A stretch of DNA of 63,957 nt, the filler included. It is 5 parts of 5 records of this genome, joined end to end, with 100 filler letters (N's around TTAATTAATTAA, not from the genome) between each part and the next. Parts side by side here need not be neighbours in the genome. Positions count along the whole stretch, not along the records: positions 9,787 to 18,134 come from SRR31156797_5323; positions 18,235 to 44,446 come from SRR31156797_5329; 3 more parts are not named here. The stretch is one strand, 5' to 3'. Both the position numbers and the translations under genes were made by a program. This document shows positions 9,923 to 19,950 of this stretch, piece by piece (positions within the stretch are counted from its first letter, which is position 1; each line of letters opens with the position of its first letter). Below the pieces are notes generated by a model. The model was not told the origin of the DNA, made no database searches, and saw nothing but the letters and a program-made list of their open reading frames with translations.

Positions 9923-12900
9923 TCAATCCCGGGCCGGGCACCGGAAAAACAGCAGTGAATACATAACCGGCACAAATACCAGAGTCAGGATTGTGGCAAA
10001 CATAAGTCCGAAGATCATTGATACGGCCATGGTCTCAAACATGGGGTCATGGGAGAGCCAAAGGGGGAGCATGCCCCCCACCGTGGTGGCGGTTGTCAAT
10101 AGAATCGGCCGCAGCCTCTGCTGGCAGGCTTCGTAAATGGCATCCTTGACACAAAGACCCTTCTCCCTGGTTTCGATTCTTATGCGGTCCAGCAATACAA
10201 TGGCGTTGTTGATAATGATGCCGGAGAGTGACACCAGCGCCAGGATCGTAAAAAAGCCGAAGATCGACCTTGCAATGATAAGCCCTGCACTGATGCCGAT
10301 AAGCCCCAGGGGAATTGTCATCAAGATGATTCCGGCCTTGCGTATGGAATTAAACTGACCGATCAATATGAGAACGATGAGCAGTCCGGCCAAAGGAAGA
10401 CCCGCCACGATAGAGACCATTGCATCGCCTGATGCCTCTGCCTCACCCCCTTGCTGATAGCCATAACCCGAAGGCCAGTTTTTTGATTCCTGTTCAAGCC
10501 ACGGAAGCAGAATATTGTTGACCTCCGTGGCTGTCACACCGGGGTTCAATTGCACATTCACCGTCATGGCACGGAGGCGGTCCCGCCGTTTTATCAGGCC
10601 GGGCTGCCAGACCACTTCAAGATCGGCCACTTGTTTTAACGGCACATGGCCTCCGCTGCCCGAGGCGTAAACCGTTATGCCCTCCATTTTTCCAAGATCG
10701 TTCCGGTCTGCCGCAACAGAGCGCAGGGTCACGGGAATAAGATTGTCATCCTCACGGTACTGGGTCAGGGTTGTACCCGAAAGACTGGATTCCAGGCAGA
10801 TGGCCACGTCTTCATTGGTCACCCCGGCCCGCTGAGCCCTTGCCTGGTCAACCACAACCATGAGTTTTTTTATCTGGGGGCCCCAGTCATCGTGTACCGA
10901 GTCGATCTGGGGCAGCGTATAAAGGTGGGTCTTTACCTCTTTCGCCAGCCGGGAAAGGGTGTCCGAGTTTTTACCCGTTATGCGGATCTGAACCGGGTAT
11001 TCCACGGGCGGACCGTTTTCCAGTTTTCTCATCTGGATCAGCAAGTCGGGATATTGACCCTTGATATAGGTGTCAACGGATTGGGACAGCTCAGGGATCA
11101 TCCGATAGTCCGTGGTGTTGGCAACCAAGGCGATGTGCCGGTAACTGGGGGTCCCGGGGTCGTACCCGAGAACAAAACGGGGGGCGCCAGCGCCGATAAA
11201 GGTCATCCAGTTTAAAACCCCCTGTTTGCCGGCGGCCTGCTCCGCTTTATCCACCACCCAGTTTTCCAGCAAATAATTTTCTATATCATAGGCAACCTGT
11301 TCGGTTGTTTCAATTGAGGTTCCCACAGGCATGTCAAATTTGGCATTTACAATGGGCGCCGTGGAGGAAGGAATAAATGCTTTGGGCACCAGGCCCAGCC
11401 CCTTTATTCCAAGAATAAACAAGGCCGCAACAAGGACCAGGAAAACGGGCTTATATTTTAATGAGGTTTTCAGGATCCGCCTGTAAACGCGGTAAACCGG
11501 TCCTGAAAAATCCCCTTTGTCCCCCTTTTTTTTCTCTTTGATTTTAATAAGATGGACAGCCAGCAGGGGGATCAATGTCATTGCCATCAGCCAGGACAGA
11601 AGCAAGGCCATGGTTACGACCCTGGCAATATCGCCGGTAAACTCGCCCACCGATGATTTTGCCGTTAGAATGGGGAGAAAGGCCGCAGAGGTTGTCAAAG
11701 AAGAGGTCAGCAGGGGAATCAGCATCTCTTTGCCCGTGGCAATTGCAGCGGCAGTTTTTCCCCGGCCCCGGCCCATGCGGACAAGGACGCCTTCGGCCAT
11801 GACAATGCCGTTGTCCACAAGAAGCCCTAAGGAAATAATCAGCGCTGCCAGGGACATTTTGTTGATACCCACATCAAAAACCTGCATCACAACAAAGGTG
11901 ATGGCCATGGTTGAGGGGATGAGCGCCGCCACCACCATCCCGGTTCGCAGTCCCAGAAAAGCAAGCATCACCATAAATACGATTGTCACTGCCTGAAAAA
12001 GATTCTTCATGAAATTATTGATACTGTTTTCCACCATATGAGGCTGGAAGGCAATGGTTTCAATCTCAATGCCGTGGGGGTAACGGGACTGAACCACCGG
12101 CATAATCCCTTTGAGCATTTTACCCAGTTCAAGAATGTTGCCGCCGTCTTTCATGGAAATGGTAACGGCAAGGGCGGGTTTCCCGTTTGAATGTACGGAA
12201 CTCTCCCTGGGATCTTTGTACCCTGAATATACATGGGCAATATCCTCAAGGTAGACCACATCCCTGGTGCCCGGAATTTTGACAATGGCCCTTTTGATAT
12301 CATTGAGGGACTCGAAATTTCCGGTGGGTTCCAGGGTGATCCGTTCCCGGCCGATTAAAATATTTCCCCCTGAATCCAATATATTGATGGCGGTTAAAGC
12401 GGCTCTCAACTGCTGGGGGGACAAGCCGAGATCCTGGAGGCGGGCAAGACTGTAATCCACAAATACAACCTCTTGCTGGTGTCCGTGGATTTCAACCTTG
12501 GCCACCTGATCCTGGAGCAGCAATTCGTCCCTGATTTCGTCGGCAATGTCTTTGAGCTCCCGGTAATTGAACCCGTCCCCTGTCAGGGTGTAGACCACGC
12601 CGAATACATCCCCGTACTCGTCATTTACAAAAGGCCCGGACACCCCTTGGGGAAGGTTTTTTTTAGCGGTTTCGACCTTCCGCCGCAGATCATCGAAAAT
12701 GGGACGCATCTCCTTGTAACTTTGTTTGAAATTGGCATTTATAACCGTCACACCGGTCTGGGTGTCACTGGAAATATAGTCAATTTCAGGCATCTGCTGG
12801 ATAACCTGCTCGATTTTGTCGGTCACAAGCGTTTCCACCCGCTCAGGACTTGCGCCGGGCAGAAAAGCGGTGATCACAGCCGTACGGATTGTAAAACCGG

Positions 12901-13012
12901 GATCCTCAGCCTTTGGCAGGCTGAAATAGGCCTGTATGCCGAAGAGCATCAAAAAAAGCACGAGAAAATAGGTCAGCCGGTTGTTTTGAATGGCAAATTC
13001 AGTGATATTCAT
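9923..13012 (-). CDS. RND efflux permease (AcrB/AcrD/AcrF family)
   Basis: 1029 aa. LPKAEDP, LPGASPERVE, TM4 GLLVDNGIVMAE, TM10 GIIINNAIVL and RLRPILLTTATT motifs. Confidence 0.95.
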   Translation of the reverse strand: MNITEFAIQNNRLTYFLVLFLMLFGIQAYFSLPKAEDPGFTIRTAVITAFLPGASPERVETLVTDKIEQVIQQMPEIDYISSDTQTGVTVINANFKQSYKEMRPIFDDLRRKVETAKKNLPQGVSGPFVNDEYGDVFGVVYTLTGDGFNYRELKDIADEIRDELLLQDQVAKVEIHGHQQEVVFVDYSLARLQDLGLSPQQLRAALTAINILDSGGNILIGRERITLEPTGNFESLNDIKRAIVKIPGTRDVVYLEDIAHVYSGYKDPRESSVHSNGKPALAVTISMKDGGNILELGKMLKGIMPVVQSRYPHGIEIETIAFQPHMVENSINNFMKNLFQAVTIVFMVMLAFLGLRTGMVVAALIPSTMAITFVVMQVFDVGINKMSLAALIISLGLLVDNGIVMAEGVLVRMGRGRGKTAAAIATGKEMLIPLLTSSLTTSAAFLPILTAKSSVGEFTGDIARVVTMALLLSWLMAMTLIPLLAVHLIKIKEKKKGDKGDFSGPVYRVYRRILKTSLKYKPVFLVLVAALFILGIKGLGLVPKAFIPSSTAPIVNAKFDMPVGTSIETTEQVAYDIENYLLENWVVDKAEQAAGKQGVLNWMTFIGAGAPRFVLGYDPGTPSYRHIALVANTTDYRMIPELSQSVDTYIKGQYPDLLIQMRKLENGPPVEYPVQIRITGKNSDTLSRLAKEVKTHLYTLPQIDSVHDDWGPQIKKLMVVVDQARAQRAGVTNEDVAICLESSLSGTTLTQYREDDNLIPVTLRSVAADRNDLGKMEGITVYASGSGGHVPLKQVADLEVVWQPGLIKRRDRLRAMTVNVQLNPGVTATEVNNILLPWLEQESKNWPSGYGYQQGGEAEASGDAMVSIVAGLPLAGLLIVLILIGQFNSIRKAGIILMTIPLGLIGISAGLIIARSIFGFFTILALVSLSGIIINNAIVLLDRIRIETREKGLCVKDAIYEACQQRLRPILLTTATTVGGMLPLWLSHDPMFETMAVSMIFGLMFATILTLVFVPVMYSLLFFRCPARD

Positions 13013-13018
13013 TTTTTG

Positions 13019-14140
13019 TTACTCCAGTTTTACATGGAGTCCGTCCCGGATGACGGACACCCCTGCTGTCACAATTTTATTTCCGGGTGTCACCCCGGTT
13101 TTTATTTCAAGTCCCATGGATGTCAACTCGCCGATGGTGACCTCTTGCCGATGGACAATCCCCTCTCCGGGATTCTCCCCGGGCTTGAGTATAAAAACAA
13201 AACAGCCTTGTCTGTCCTGTCCCACGGCAACGGGCGGCAGATAAATATGTGGCAGTTGGGGACGGCTGACAGGGAGGTTAAATGACACTTGGGCAGCAAG
13301 TCCGGACCGCAGCCGGGAATGTTTTTCTTTTAGGACCAGGGTTACGGGGAAGCTTGAACCGCCTGCTGATGAGACACCGACCTCGGCCACTTTTGCCGTA
13401 AACCGAACGTCAGGGATTGCGTCAAACCGCACCGAGGCTGACATGCCCTTGTTAATACGGGCAATCAGGCTTTCGGGCACCTTTACCTCAACTTCATTTA
13501 CCTGGCCGCAGACAGCCGCAATAATCGGTTCTCCGGCTGTGACATTTTCGTTTACCTCTGTAAAGACCTCAGCCACCGAACATTTTTCACCGGCTCTCAA
13601 CTCGGTATAGGATAAATCAAGCAATGCCAGTTCCAGGCTTTTTTTGGCGGAACGGACCTGTGCTTTGGTCGATTCAAGTGCCGTCCGGGCCGTGTCAAGG
13701 TCGTCCCTGGATGAGTTGTTGTTTTCGTACAGGTCGCGAATCCGTTGATATTTGGATTCGGCATTTCGTTTTTCCGATTCAGCCAGGGTCAGATCTGCCT
13801 TTGACCTTTCCACCTTCAATTCAAAAGAGTCGCGGTTCAAACCGGCAATAAGGGTATTCTTATCAAAGCTGTCACCCACTTTAACGGGGATTTCCTCCAG
13901 GGTGCCCCCGACCTTAAAGCTTAGGTTTGCTTCACGCCCGGCCTTTGATATACCCGAATACGTAAGGGTACGTCCGTTCACAGATTGCCTGACCACCTGG
14001 TATTTAACCGGCCGAAGGGTTTTTTTTACCGGGTCGCCTGTTGGGGCTGGGTCGCCGCACCCGCCGCACAATAACATCAGGCCGGCGGATAGGAACAGCA
14101 TAGGCCTGAGGTTTGATCTATTATGAAATTTAACAACCAT
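13019..14140 (-). CDS. RND periplasmic adaptor (membrane fusion protein), probable lipoprotein
   Basis: LSFKVGG..PVKVGD lipoyl half-motif, coiled-coil hairpin, GLAAQV, C-terminal GNKIVTAG. N-terminal LLCGGC lipobox-like. Confidence 0.92.
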   Translation of the reverse strand: MVVKFHNRSNLRPMLFLSAGLMLLCGGCGDPAPTGDPVKKTLRPVKYQVVRQSVNGRTLTYSGISKAGREANLSFKVGGTLEEIPVKVGDSFDKNTLIAGLNRDSFELKVERSKADLTLAESEKRNAESKYQRIRDLYENNNSSRDDLDTARTALESTKAQVRSAKKSLELALLDLSYTELRAGEKCSVAEVFTEVNENVTAGEPIIAAVCGQVNEVEVKVPESLIARINKGMSASVRFDAIPDVRFTAKVAEVGVSSAGGSSFPVTLVLKEKHSRLRSGLAAQVSFNLPVSRPQLPHIYLPPVAVGQDRQGCFVFILKPGENPGEGIVHRQEVTIGELTSMGLEIKTGVTPGNKIVTAGVSVIRDGLHVKLE

Positions 14141-14166
14141 TCAATTATTCTCCTTTAGAATCACTT

Positions 14167-16485
14167 TTACCGGGGTTCAGTATCATGCCGGGAACTGCCT
14201 GTTAAAAAATCAAAGGATCCGGTTGCCCGCTGCAAACTTACTAGATCAATCAGATATTGATAGACCGCGTTGGAAGCGGTAAGCTCGGCCGTCAGGTAGG
14301 AATTCTGGGCATCCACAAGGTCCACGACTCCTGTTGTCCCCTTGGTGTAGGCATCCTGAACCAGATCAAAATTTTTTCTTGATGCCTTTGCAGCCGTGCG
14401 GTTTAGATCAATTGACGCTTTTGATGCCTGTGCCGTATGCAGCCGGCTTCGAATCATCTGCTCAACGGCATTTGTGGTGTCTTTTAATTCCAAACGGAGT
14501 TTATTCAGAGTCAGGTGTGCCCGGGTTACGCGTTTTGACCTTGCTCCGCCTTCAAACAGGGGCAGGGACATGTTTAAGCCAAGGTACCACTCATCTTCCC
14601 CTTCCAGGGAAAGTGCGTCTGATCGGCTGTCATGGTAGGTGTTCAAATACTCTCCTGTCAGGGTAAGCGTCGGCATCCAAAAACTTCGCTTTTCACTGAT
14701 AAAATTTCTTTTTTGTGCAACGACTTCAGCCATGATGAGCGCAATTTCAGGAGATCTGTCCAAACCCTCCCGGATCATTATCTCACTTAAACTCTGGAAA
14801 CCGGCTCGGTTGCCGAGCATCCCGAGCCGTTCGGAGTTGTTCATGACCAGATTTTCGTCGGTCAGGGCGGCCGGCTCCAGACTAAATGCCTCGGTCAAAG
14901 GGCGGTTGAGCAGACGGTTCAGTGATTCCTGTTCCTGGTTGAGCGCTGCCGTTGCGCTGAGCAGATTTGCCTTGGCATGGGCCACTTCGCTTTCCCATCG
15001 GTAAACATCTGCCAGGGTTGCCGAGCCTATTTTCGCTCTGACCCGGGCCAATCCGAGGTTGGTATGACTCAACTCAAGGTTGGCCTGGTGAATTTTCTTT
15101 AGCGAGTTGGATTTCAACACATTCAGAAAAGCGGTTGCAGCATCCTGGATGGTGTCCAATTTAATCTGTTCCGCCGTTGCAACCCTTGCCGTCTGATCAG
15201 CCTTTGCAATATCCAGATTCGCCCATGTTGATTCATTGAAAACAACCTGGCTTAAGCTTAGGGTCGCATTCCCCTGTTGTTCTGCCGCCCCTCCCGTGGC
15301 AACACTGTGTGAGGAATCGTCGCGAACCTGCTGGACGGCACCGAGGGTCAGCTTGGGAAAAAGATGGGCCCTTGCTTCATCCACCCGCTTTGAACCGGCT
15401 TCAACCCCGGCATTTGAAGCGCGTATGCCTAAGTTTTCAACAAGGGCTTTGCCGGCAACCCGGCTTAATGTATAATGAACAACAGCGGTTTCCGGCTCTT
15501 CATTGAGCTTTTCTGCGTCAAGCAGCACCTCAATTGGAGGAGAGATTTGAAGACGACGGGCGGTTTTCATATTTATGACCATTCGTCTTTGGTCCTCCAC
15601 AGCCACTTTCATATCCCCGGGGTCATCACCAAAGAGTATGGCCTGAATATTCAGGGCCAGGCGCCGGGTCCTGCGCTGCCAGCTTTCCAAGGGAACTGCC
15701 GTCGCCAGGGCGCCCTGCTCAACAAGACGCTGACCTGTGAGGCTGTAGCTTGGTAACCCGCGTTTGCCAAGATCATCCAATAATTGGGTTGTTTGTGCCT
15801 CATTCATCCTGGGTAATGCGCCGATCAAAACGGCATCCGCACCGGCCGGCAGACGGGAGACAAGATCCTCGCCTTCTTTTCCATGGAGCACGGGAAAGAT
15901 TTTTATCCCCATCTTAGAGGCGACTTTAGCCCCTTCCGCCGATAGCGCCGGCATCACTTCCAGCATCAGCGCATCACTTAGAATGGCAAGGTTTTTAAAA
16001 TCCACAATTCTACGAAATGTTTTGAGTTCGGTTTCAAGATCGGCCTGGATATTGATATAGGTAAGATTGTGTTTACCGGAGACCCCGGCTTTGACAGGCG
16101 CATTGACCAGGTGGGGATAGAGGATTACCGAAGCGATTGTCGGCTTTGGATGCGCTTTTGAAGAAACGGCAACAGCGGCGGAACCGAATCCCAATGCCAG
16201 GACAATATCAACTTGAGGGTCTTGATACAGACGGGACAGGGCCGATTCTATCCCCCTGCGCCGCCAGCCGCCGTTCAGCCTTTTTTCCTTGTTTAACCGG
16301 ACAACAAACTCATTTTTTGCCAGATGCTGGATTTCCTCATTGATAAATCCGATCACTTGGTCCATATGCAAAGAAGGACCGTCGGTCACAACGCCGACAA
16401 TCGTCTGTCCCGGTGCACCAAAAGCTGCTGTAGAAGAAATTAAAAACAAAATCATACCCATGAAAGGGGATAAAAAGCGGTTCAT
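14167..16485 (-). CDS. TolC-family outer-membrane factor fused to an N-terminal periplasmic-binding-protein-like domain
   Basis: C-terminal ~430 aa has two OEP repeats (LFPKLTL, LSQVVF, FWMPTLTL, LPLFEGG, YTKG...DLVDAQ, LQRATG). N-terminal ~330 aa ends in MVINMKTARRLQI, resembling the ABC_sub_bind C-terminus. ATG 16485 preferred (ORF track 16506). Confidence 0.85.
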   Translation of the reverse strand: MNRFLSPFMGMILFLISSTAAFGAPGQTIVGVVTDGPSLHMDQVIGFINEEIQHLAKNEFVVRLNKEKRLNGGWRRRGIESALSRLYQDPQVDIVLALGFGSAAVAVSSKAHPKPTIASVILYPHLVNAPVKAGVSGKHNLTYINIQADLETELKTFRRIVDFKNLAILSDALMLEVMPALSAEGAKVASKMGIKIFPVLHGKEGEDLVSRLPAGADAVLIGALPRMNEAQTTQLLDDLGKRGLPSYSLTGQRLVEQGALATAVPLESWQRRTRRLALNIQAILFGDDPGDMKVAVEDQRRMVINMKTARRLQISPPIEVLLDAEKLNEEPETAVVHYTLSRVAGKALVENLGIRASNAGVEAGSKRVDEARAHLFPKLTLGAVQQVRDDSSHSVATGGAAEQQGNATLSLSQVVFNESTWANLDIAKADQTARVATAEQIKLDTIQDAATAFLNVLKSNSLKKIHQANLELSHTNLGLARVRAKIGSATLADVYRWESEVAHAKANLLSATAALNQEQESLNRLLNRPLTEAFSLEPAALTDENLVMNNSERLGMLGNRAGFQSLSEIMIREGLDRSPEIALIMAEVVAQKRNFISEKRSFWMPTLTLTGEYLNTYHDSRSDALSLEGEDEWYLGLNMSLPLFEGGARSKRVTRAHLTLNKLRLELKDTTNAVEQMIRSRLHTAQASKASIDLNRTAAKASRKNFDLVQDAYTKGTTGVVDLVDAQNSYLTAELTASNAVYQYLIDLVSLQRATGSFDFLTGSSRHDTEPR

Positions 16486-16547
16486 ATGAAAATGTCCTGG
16501 ATTCAATGCTTGCGCATTATTTAGTTAATTGGGTTCAAAAATTGTGG

Positions 16548-16787
16548 TCAAGACCTATCAATGGCCACCAAATACTGGACAAGGCGGCGGGCTCCGGGTA
16601 CAAGGACTGCGGCGGCAGGGAATCCCACCGCAAAACCAAGGGCCCAGGCCTTGAGCCAGGCAATGGCAAAGTTATTTGAAAATCCCAGGTTGACCGCCAC
16701 CATGACAAACGACATGGTGAAGCTCATTCCAAAGGCAATAAAAAGTCCCATTAAAACACCTGAAAATTTTGGATTCATTTTCATCAA
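16548..16787 (-). CDS. DUF2798-like small membrane protein
   Basis: Two hydrophobic helices with MSFTMSFVMVAVNLG...WLKAWALGFAVGFP...VPGARRLV. Confidence 0.8.
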   Translation of the reverse strand: MMKMNPKFSGVLMGLFIAFGMSFTMSFVMVAVNLGFSNNFAIAWLKAWALGFAVGFPAAAVLVPGARRLVQYLVAIDRS

Positions 16788-16838
16788 TCAATTCTCCATA
16801 TACCCGACGGGTCCTGTTTTAATAAATCACCAGCGGTC

Positions 16839-17147
16839 CTATGAACCATATGCCGCTTCAGGCAAGGGGATGTCCAGGCGCTCCCAGACCTTGTGATCCA
16901 CCAGGCCGAAGGCGGTCAGCAATTGGGCCAGATGGAAGCCTGTATATGTTTTGGCAGGGATTTTTTCGGGTTCGTCCCAAAAAAGCTGAACGCTCATGTC
17001 GGTTTTATAACTCAGGTTCTGGTAAAGCCGAACACAGACCTGGTTATGGGTTTTTAAATCCTCATGAATGCAGGCGCATAATTCAACAGCTTCCCTAAAT
17101 TCCTTTTTTCCGACAGTTCTGACATTGATAACTTCTATCCAGGTCAT
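16839..17147 (-). CDS. Hypothetical protein, first gene of the sigma54 operon
   Basis: Strong RBS GGAGG before ATG. MTWIEVINVR...TDMSVQLFWD...LAQLLTAFGLVDHKVW recalls small deltaproteobacterial proteins near sigma54 activators. Confidence 0.7.
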   Translation of the reverse strand: MTWIEVINVRTVGKKEFREAVELCACIHEDLKTHNQVCVRLYQNLSYKTDMSVQLFWDEPEKIPAKTYTGFHLAQLLTAFGLVDHKVWERLDIPLPEAAYGS

Positions 17148-17256
17148 TTTTTATTACCTCCCTGGGTTGTCGGTTTCCCCCAACCGGGTAACCGGATATA
17201 AATGAGCATTGGCACCGTCCTTAAAATCAGGTATCCGTTCAACAAGGTATGATTAG

Positions 17257-17272
17257 AGCAAAGAGTGTGCCC
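17257..17272 (-). promoter_or_regulatory. Sigma54 (-24/-12) promoter for the efflux operon
   Basis: Minus strand GGGCACACTCTTTGCT has GG-N10-GC and matches TGGCAC-N5-TTGCW. Lies 110 nt upstream of 17147 and divergent from a sigma54 activator. Confidence 0.8.
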
Positions 17273-17288
17273 CGGTTGTATAAGGTGT

Positions 17289-17310
17289 AAAAACATAAAG
17301 TTATGTTTTT
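17289..17310. promoter_or_regulatory. Perfect AT-rich palindrome, candidate regulator or DNA-bending site
   Basis: AAAAACATAA-ag-TTATGTTTTT just upstream of the sigma54 promoter. Confidence 0.45.
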
Positions 17311-17424
17311 TGGGTTCGGGGGTGTTACGAAATAAAAAGAAATCTCTTTTTAAATACCGTGAGGCTTGTTATATTTCGTGAAAATTCAATGACCCTGGAG
17401 AGTGGCAAAACCGGAGCGTGGCAA

Positions 17425-18134
17425 ATGGACAAAATTGATTTTTTCAAACAGGCAACCTTGCTGGTTTGCAGCAGCCTGGATATTGAAAAGGGACTTCACA
17501 GGTGTATTGGTCATCTGGCCAGATTCATACCGGTCTCGGCCATTTATTTAAACCAGTTTGATCAGAATCTGGGGATTATCCATTGCCTTGCCATGGTAAC
17601 CCGGGAGGGGGAGCGAAAAAGGCTGCCGCCTACCCCTTTGCCCCAAGATGCAGTCCGGCTTATAGAGGCAAGTGTCAGAAAGGGTAAGCCGTTTATCGTC
17701 GTCAACCGGCCGGAGGAAAACCCCATCGCCCGTCAGCTTTTTAAAAATTTTGACCTGTCTGATATTTCCATTATCATCATCCCCCTGGTGGTTGAAGGTA
17801 AACTCCTCGGGGCCATGGGGATCATGGCCAAAGGGAAGGAACCCTTCACAACGGCACATGAAGCCATGCTGACCGAACTTCGGGAGCCTTTTGCTCTGGC
17901 AATGTCAAATGCCCTGCGCCATAGGGAAATATTAAAACTCAAAGATATGCTAGCCTCTGAAAACCGGGAACTGCAAAGGGAGCTCAGCCGTCAATCCCCC
18001 CGTGAAATCGTGGGTGCGGATTTCGGCCTCAAACGGATAATGGAAATGGTAAGGCAGGTGTCTCCCATTGATACCCCTGTCATCCTTCTAGGTGAGACCG
18101 GTGTGGGCAAAGAGGTGATTGCCAATGCCATCCA
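17425..18134 (+). CDS. GAF-domain sigma54-dependent activator (FhlA/NifA-like), 3' partial
   Basis: MDKIDFFKQATLLVCSSLDI N-terminus, GAF (IIPLVVEGKLLGAM), coiled coil, then IVGADFGL...PVILLGETGVGKEVIANAI Walker A. Cut by contig end. ATG 17425 preceded by GGAG. Confidence 0.9.
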
Positions 18135-18234
18135 NNNNNNNNNNNNNNNNNNNNNNNNNNNNNNNNNNNNNNNNNNNNTTAATTAATTAANNNNNNNNNN
18201 NNNNNNNNNNNNNNNNNNNNNNNNNNNNNNNNNN
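18135..18234. other. Artificial contig spacer
   Basis: 44 N + TTAATTAATTAA + 44 N. Confidence 0.98.
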
Positions 18235-18235
18235 G

Positions 18236-19924
18236 TTCTGCCAGGCCGGAATGATTTACAGGCCCGTGCGGGAAAGAAATCCCGAGTCCATTATGAAAAT
18301 TGCGGAGAAGACTTTGGATCTCACCGGCTATGAAGATTTATCGCTATTGTCACTCAGTTCCGGTGATTACAGCCATATCGGTTCGCTTCTTCGCGCCCTC
18401 ATGGATCGTCATTCCCCCGATCATATCGGCATCAGTCTCCCCTCTCTCAGGGTGGACAGCCTGGATGCTGAAATGACGGAACAGATCAAAAGGGTTCGGA
18501 AAACAGGGTTTACCCTTGCCCCCGAGGCGGGAAACAATCGCCTTAGAAGGGTCATCAACAAGGGGTTGACCCAATCGGACATCCTTGAAACGGCCAAAAT
18601 CGTATACCGGTCCGGATGGAAACTGATCAAACTCTATTTTATGATCGGGCTGCCCTCGGAAGAAGATGAAGATCTTCAGGATATTATCGATCTTGCGGAA
18701 CAAATCACAAGATTGTCGGGTAAAAAGGGTAGGCGGGAAAATGTGAATGTCAGCCTTTCCACCTTTGTGCCGAAGAGCCATACCCCTTTTATGTGGATGC
18801 CACAAGTGACACTGGAAGAAAGCCGGCGAAAGGTTGAACTGATTCGGCAAGGCCTTAGAAAAAGTCGTGTGCGGGTTAAATGGAATCAACCGGAGTTAAG
18901 CTGGCTGGAAGGTGTCATGGCCAGGGGGGACAGGAAGCTCGGTAAGGCCATTATTGAGGCCTGGAAGCTAGGCGCAAGGTTTGACGCATGGAGCGAGCAT
19001 TTCAAAATGGAGATATGGAAAACGGCTTTTGACCGATCCGGGATTAAACCGGAATTCTATCACAGGGAAAGGGGGTCCCGGGAAATTCTGCCGTGGGACC
19101 ATATTCGGTCCGGTGTTACAAAGGCTTTTCTTAATAAAGAACGAAAAAAGGCGCAAGCAGAGCAGTTTACTCCCGATTGTCGTGAAAAATGCCATGAGTG
19201 TGGTGTATGCGACCACAAGCATATTGATCCGGTCCTTTTTAAAGACCTGTCATTTCTCCCCAAAAAGGCTTCTCTGGATCCGCAGGACCCGCAAACTGCG
19301 AGCAAGTTTCGCCTCACCTTCACAAAAATGGGAAGCACCCGGCATCTCAGTCATCTGGAATTGGGTCGCGTGCTGAATCGGGCATTCAGGCGTGCTGGAT
19401 TGAAACTGACCTATTCCCAGGGGTTTCATCCCATGCCGAAGATCTCTTTTTTTTCAGCCTTGCCGGTGGGTACGGGGAGCAATGCGGAATTGGCGGAGAT
19501 TGAATTGAATGAAGGGGCGGATGTGGATGATCTTAAAGATAAAATCAATGGGGAATTGCCTGAGGGTGTTCATATAACACGTATTGAAAAGGTTTCTCCT
19601 TCAGGAAAAAAACTTCGTCCCAAGGCTTCTCGGTTTCTTATTACCCTTAAGGAGGCGACGTTCAATGAAACAAACCTCATGGAATTTCTCAAATCGAAAC
19701 ATTTTGAGGTTGTCAAAATCAATAAAAAAGGGGAACATATAATTGATGCCCGAAGCCTTGTGACGACCATGCGTCTTCTTTCGCCCGGGCAGATCGATCT
19801 GACCATCAGGCAAACAGATACATTGACCTTGAAACCGGCTGAGATTATGAAGGGTGTATTTTCTTTGAAAGAAGATGATCTTCTCAATATGAACATCCTT
19901 AAAACCGAGCAGGTTTTTCATTAA
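18236..19924 (+). CDS. TIGR03960-type radical SAM fused to TIGR03936 (DUF2344) radical SAM-linked domain, 5' partial
   Basis: In-frame FCQAGMIYRPVRER at the contig edge (end of CxxxCxxC). SLPSLRVD, FTLAPEAG, KLYFMIGLP, FVPKSHTPF, DCREKCHECGVC, then HLSHLEL..RAFRRA..YSQGFHPMPK. Immediately upstream of rng. Confidence 0.92.
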   Translation, partial: FCQAGMIYRPVRERNPESIMKIAEKTLDLTGYEDLSLLSLSSGDYSHIGSLLRALMDRHSPDHIGISLPSLRVDSLDAEMTEQIKRVRKTGFTLAPEAGNNRLRRVINKGLTQSDILETAKIVYRSGWKLIKLYFMIGLPSEEDEDLQDIIDLAEQITRLSGKKGRRENVNVSLSTFVPKSHTPFMWMPQVTLEESRRKVELIRQGLRKSRVRVKWNQPELSWLEGVMARGDRKLGKAIIEAWKLGARFDAWSEHFKMEIWKTAFDRSGIKPEFYHRERGSREILPWDHIRSGVTKAFLNKERKKAQAEQFTPDCREKCHECGVCDHKHIDPVLFKDLSFLPKKASLDPQDPQTASKFRLTFTKMGSTRHLSHLELGRVLNRAFRRAGLKLTYSQGFHPMPKISFFSALPVGTGSNAELAEIELNEGADVDDLKDKINGELPEGVHITRIEKVSPSGKKLRPKASRFLITLKEATFNETNLMEFLKSKHFEVVKINKKGEHIIDARSLVTTMRLLSPGQIDLTIRQTDTLTLKPAEIMKGVFSLKEDDLLNMNILKTEQVFH

Positions 19925-19950
19925 CGCCAGAGAACCTAGAGGGACCACAC

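Noticed and set aside
12473-13285. 270-aa plus-strand ORF
   Set aside because: Antisense shadow of acrB and MFP, with no recognisable motifs.
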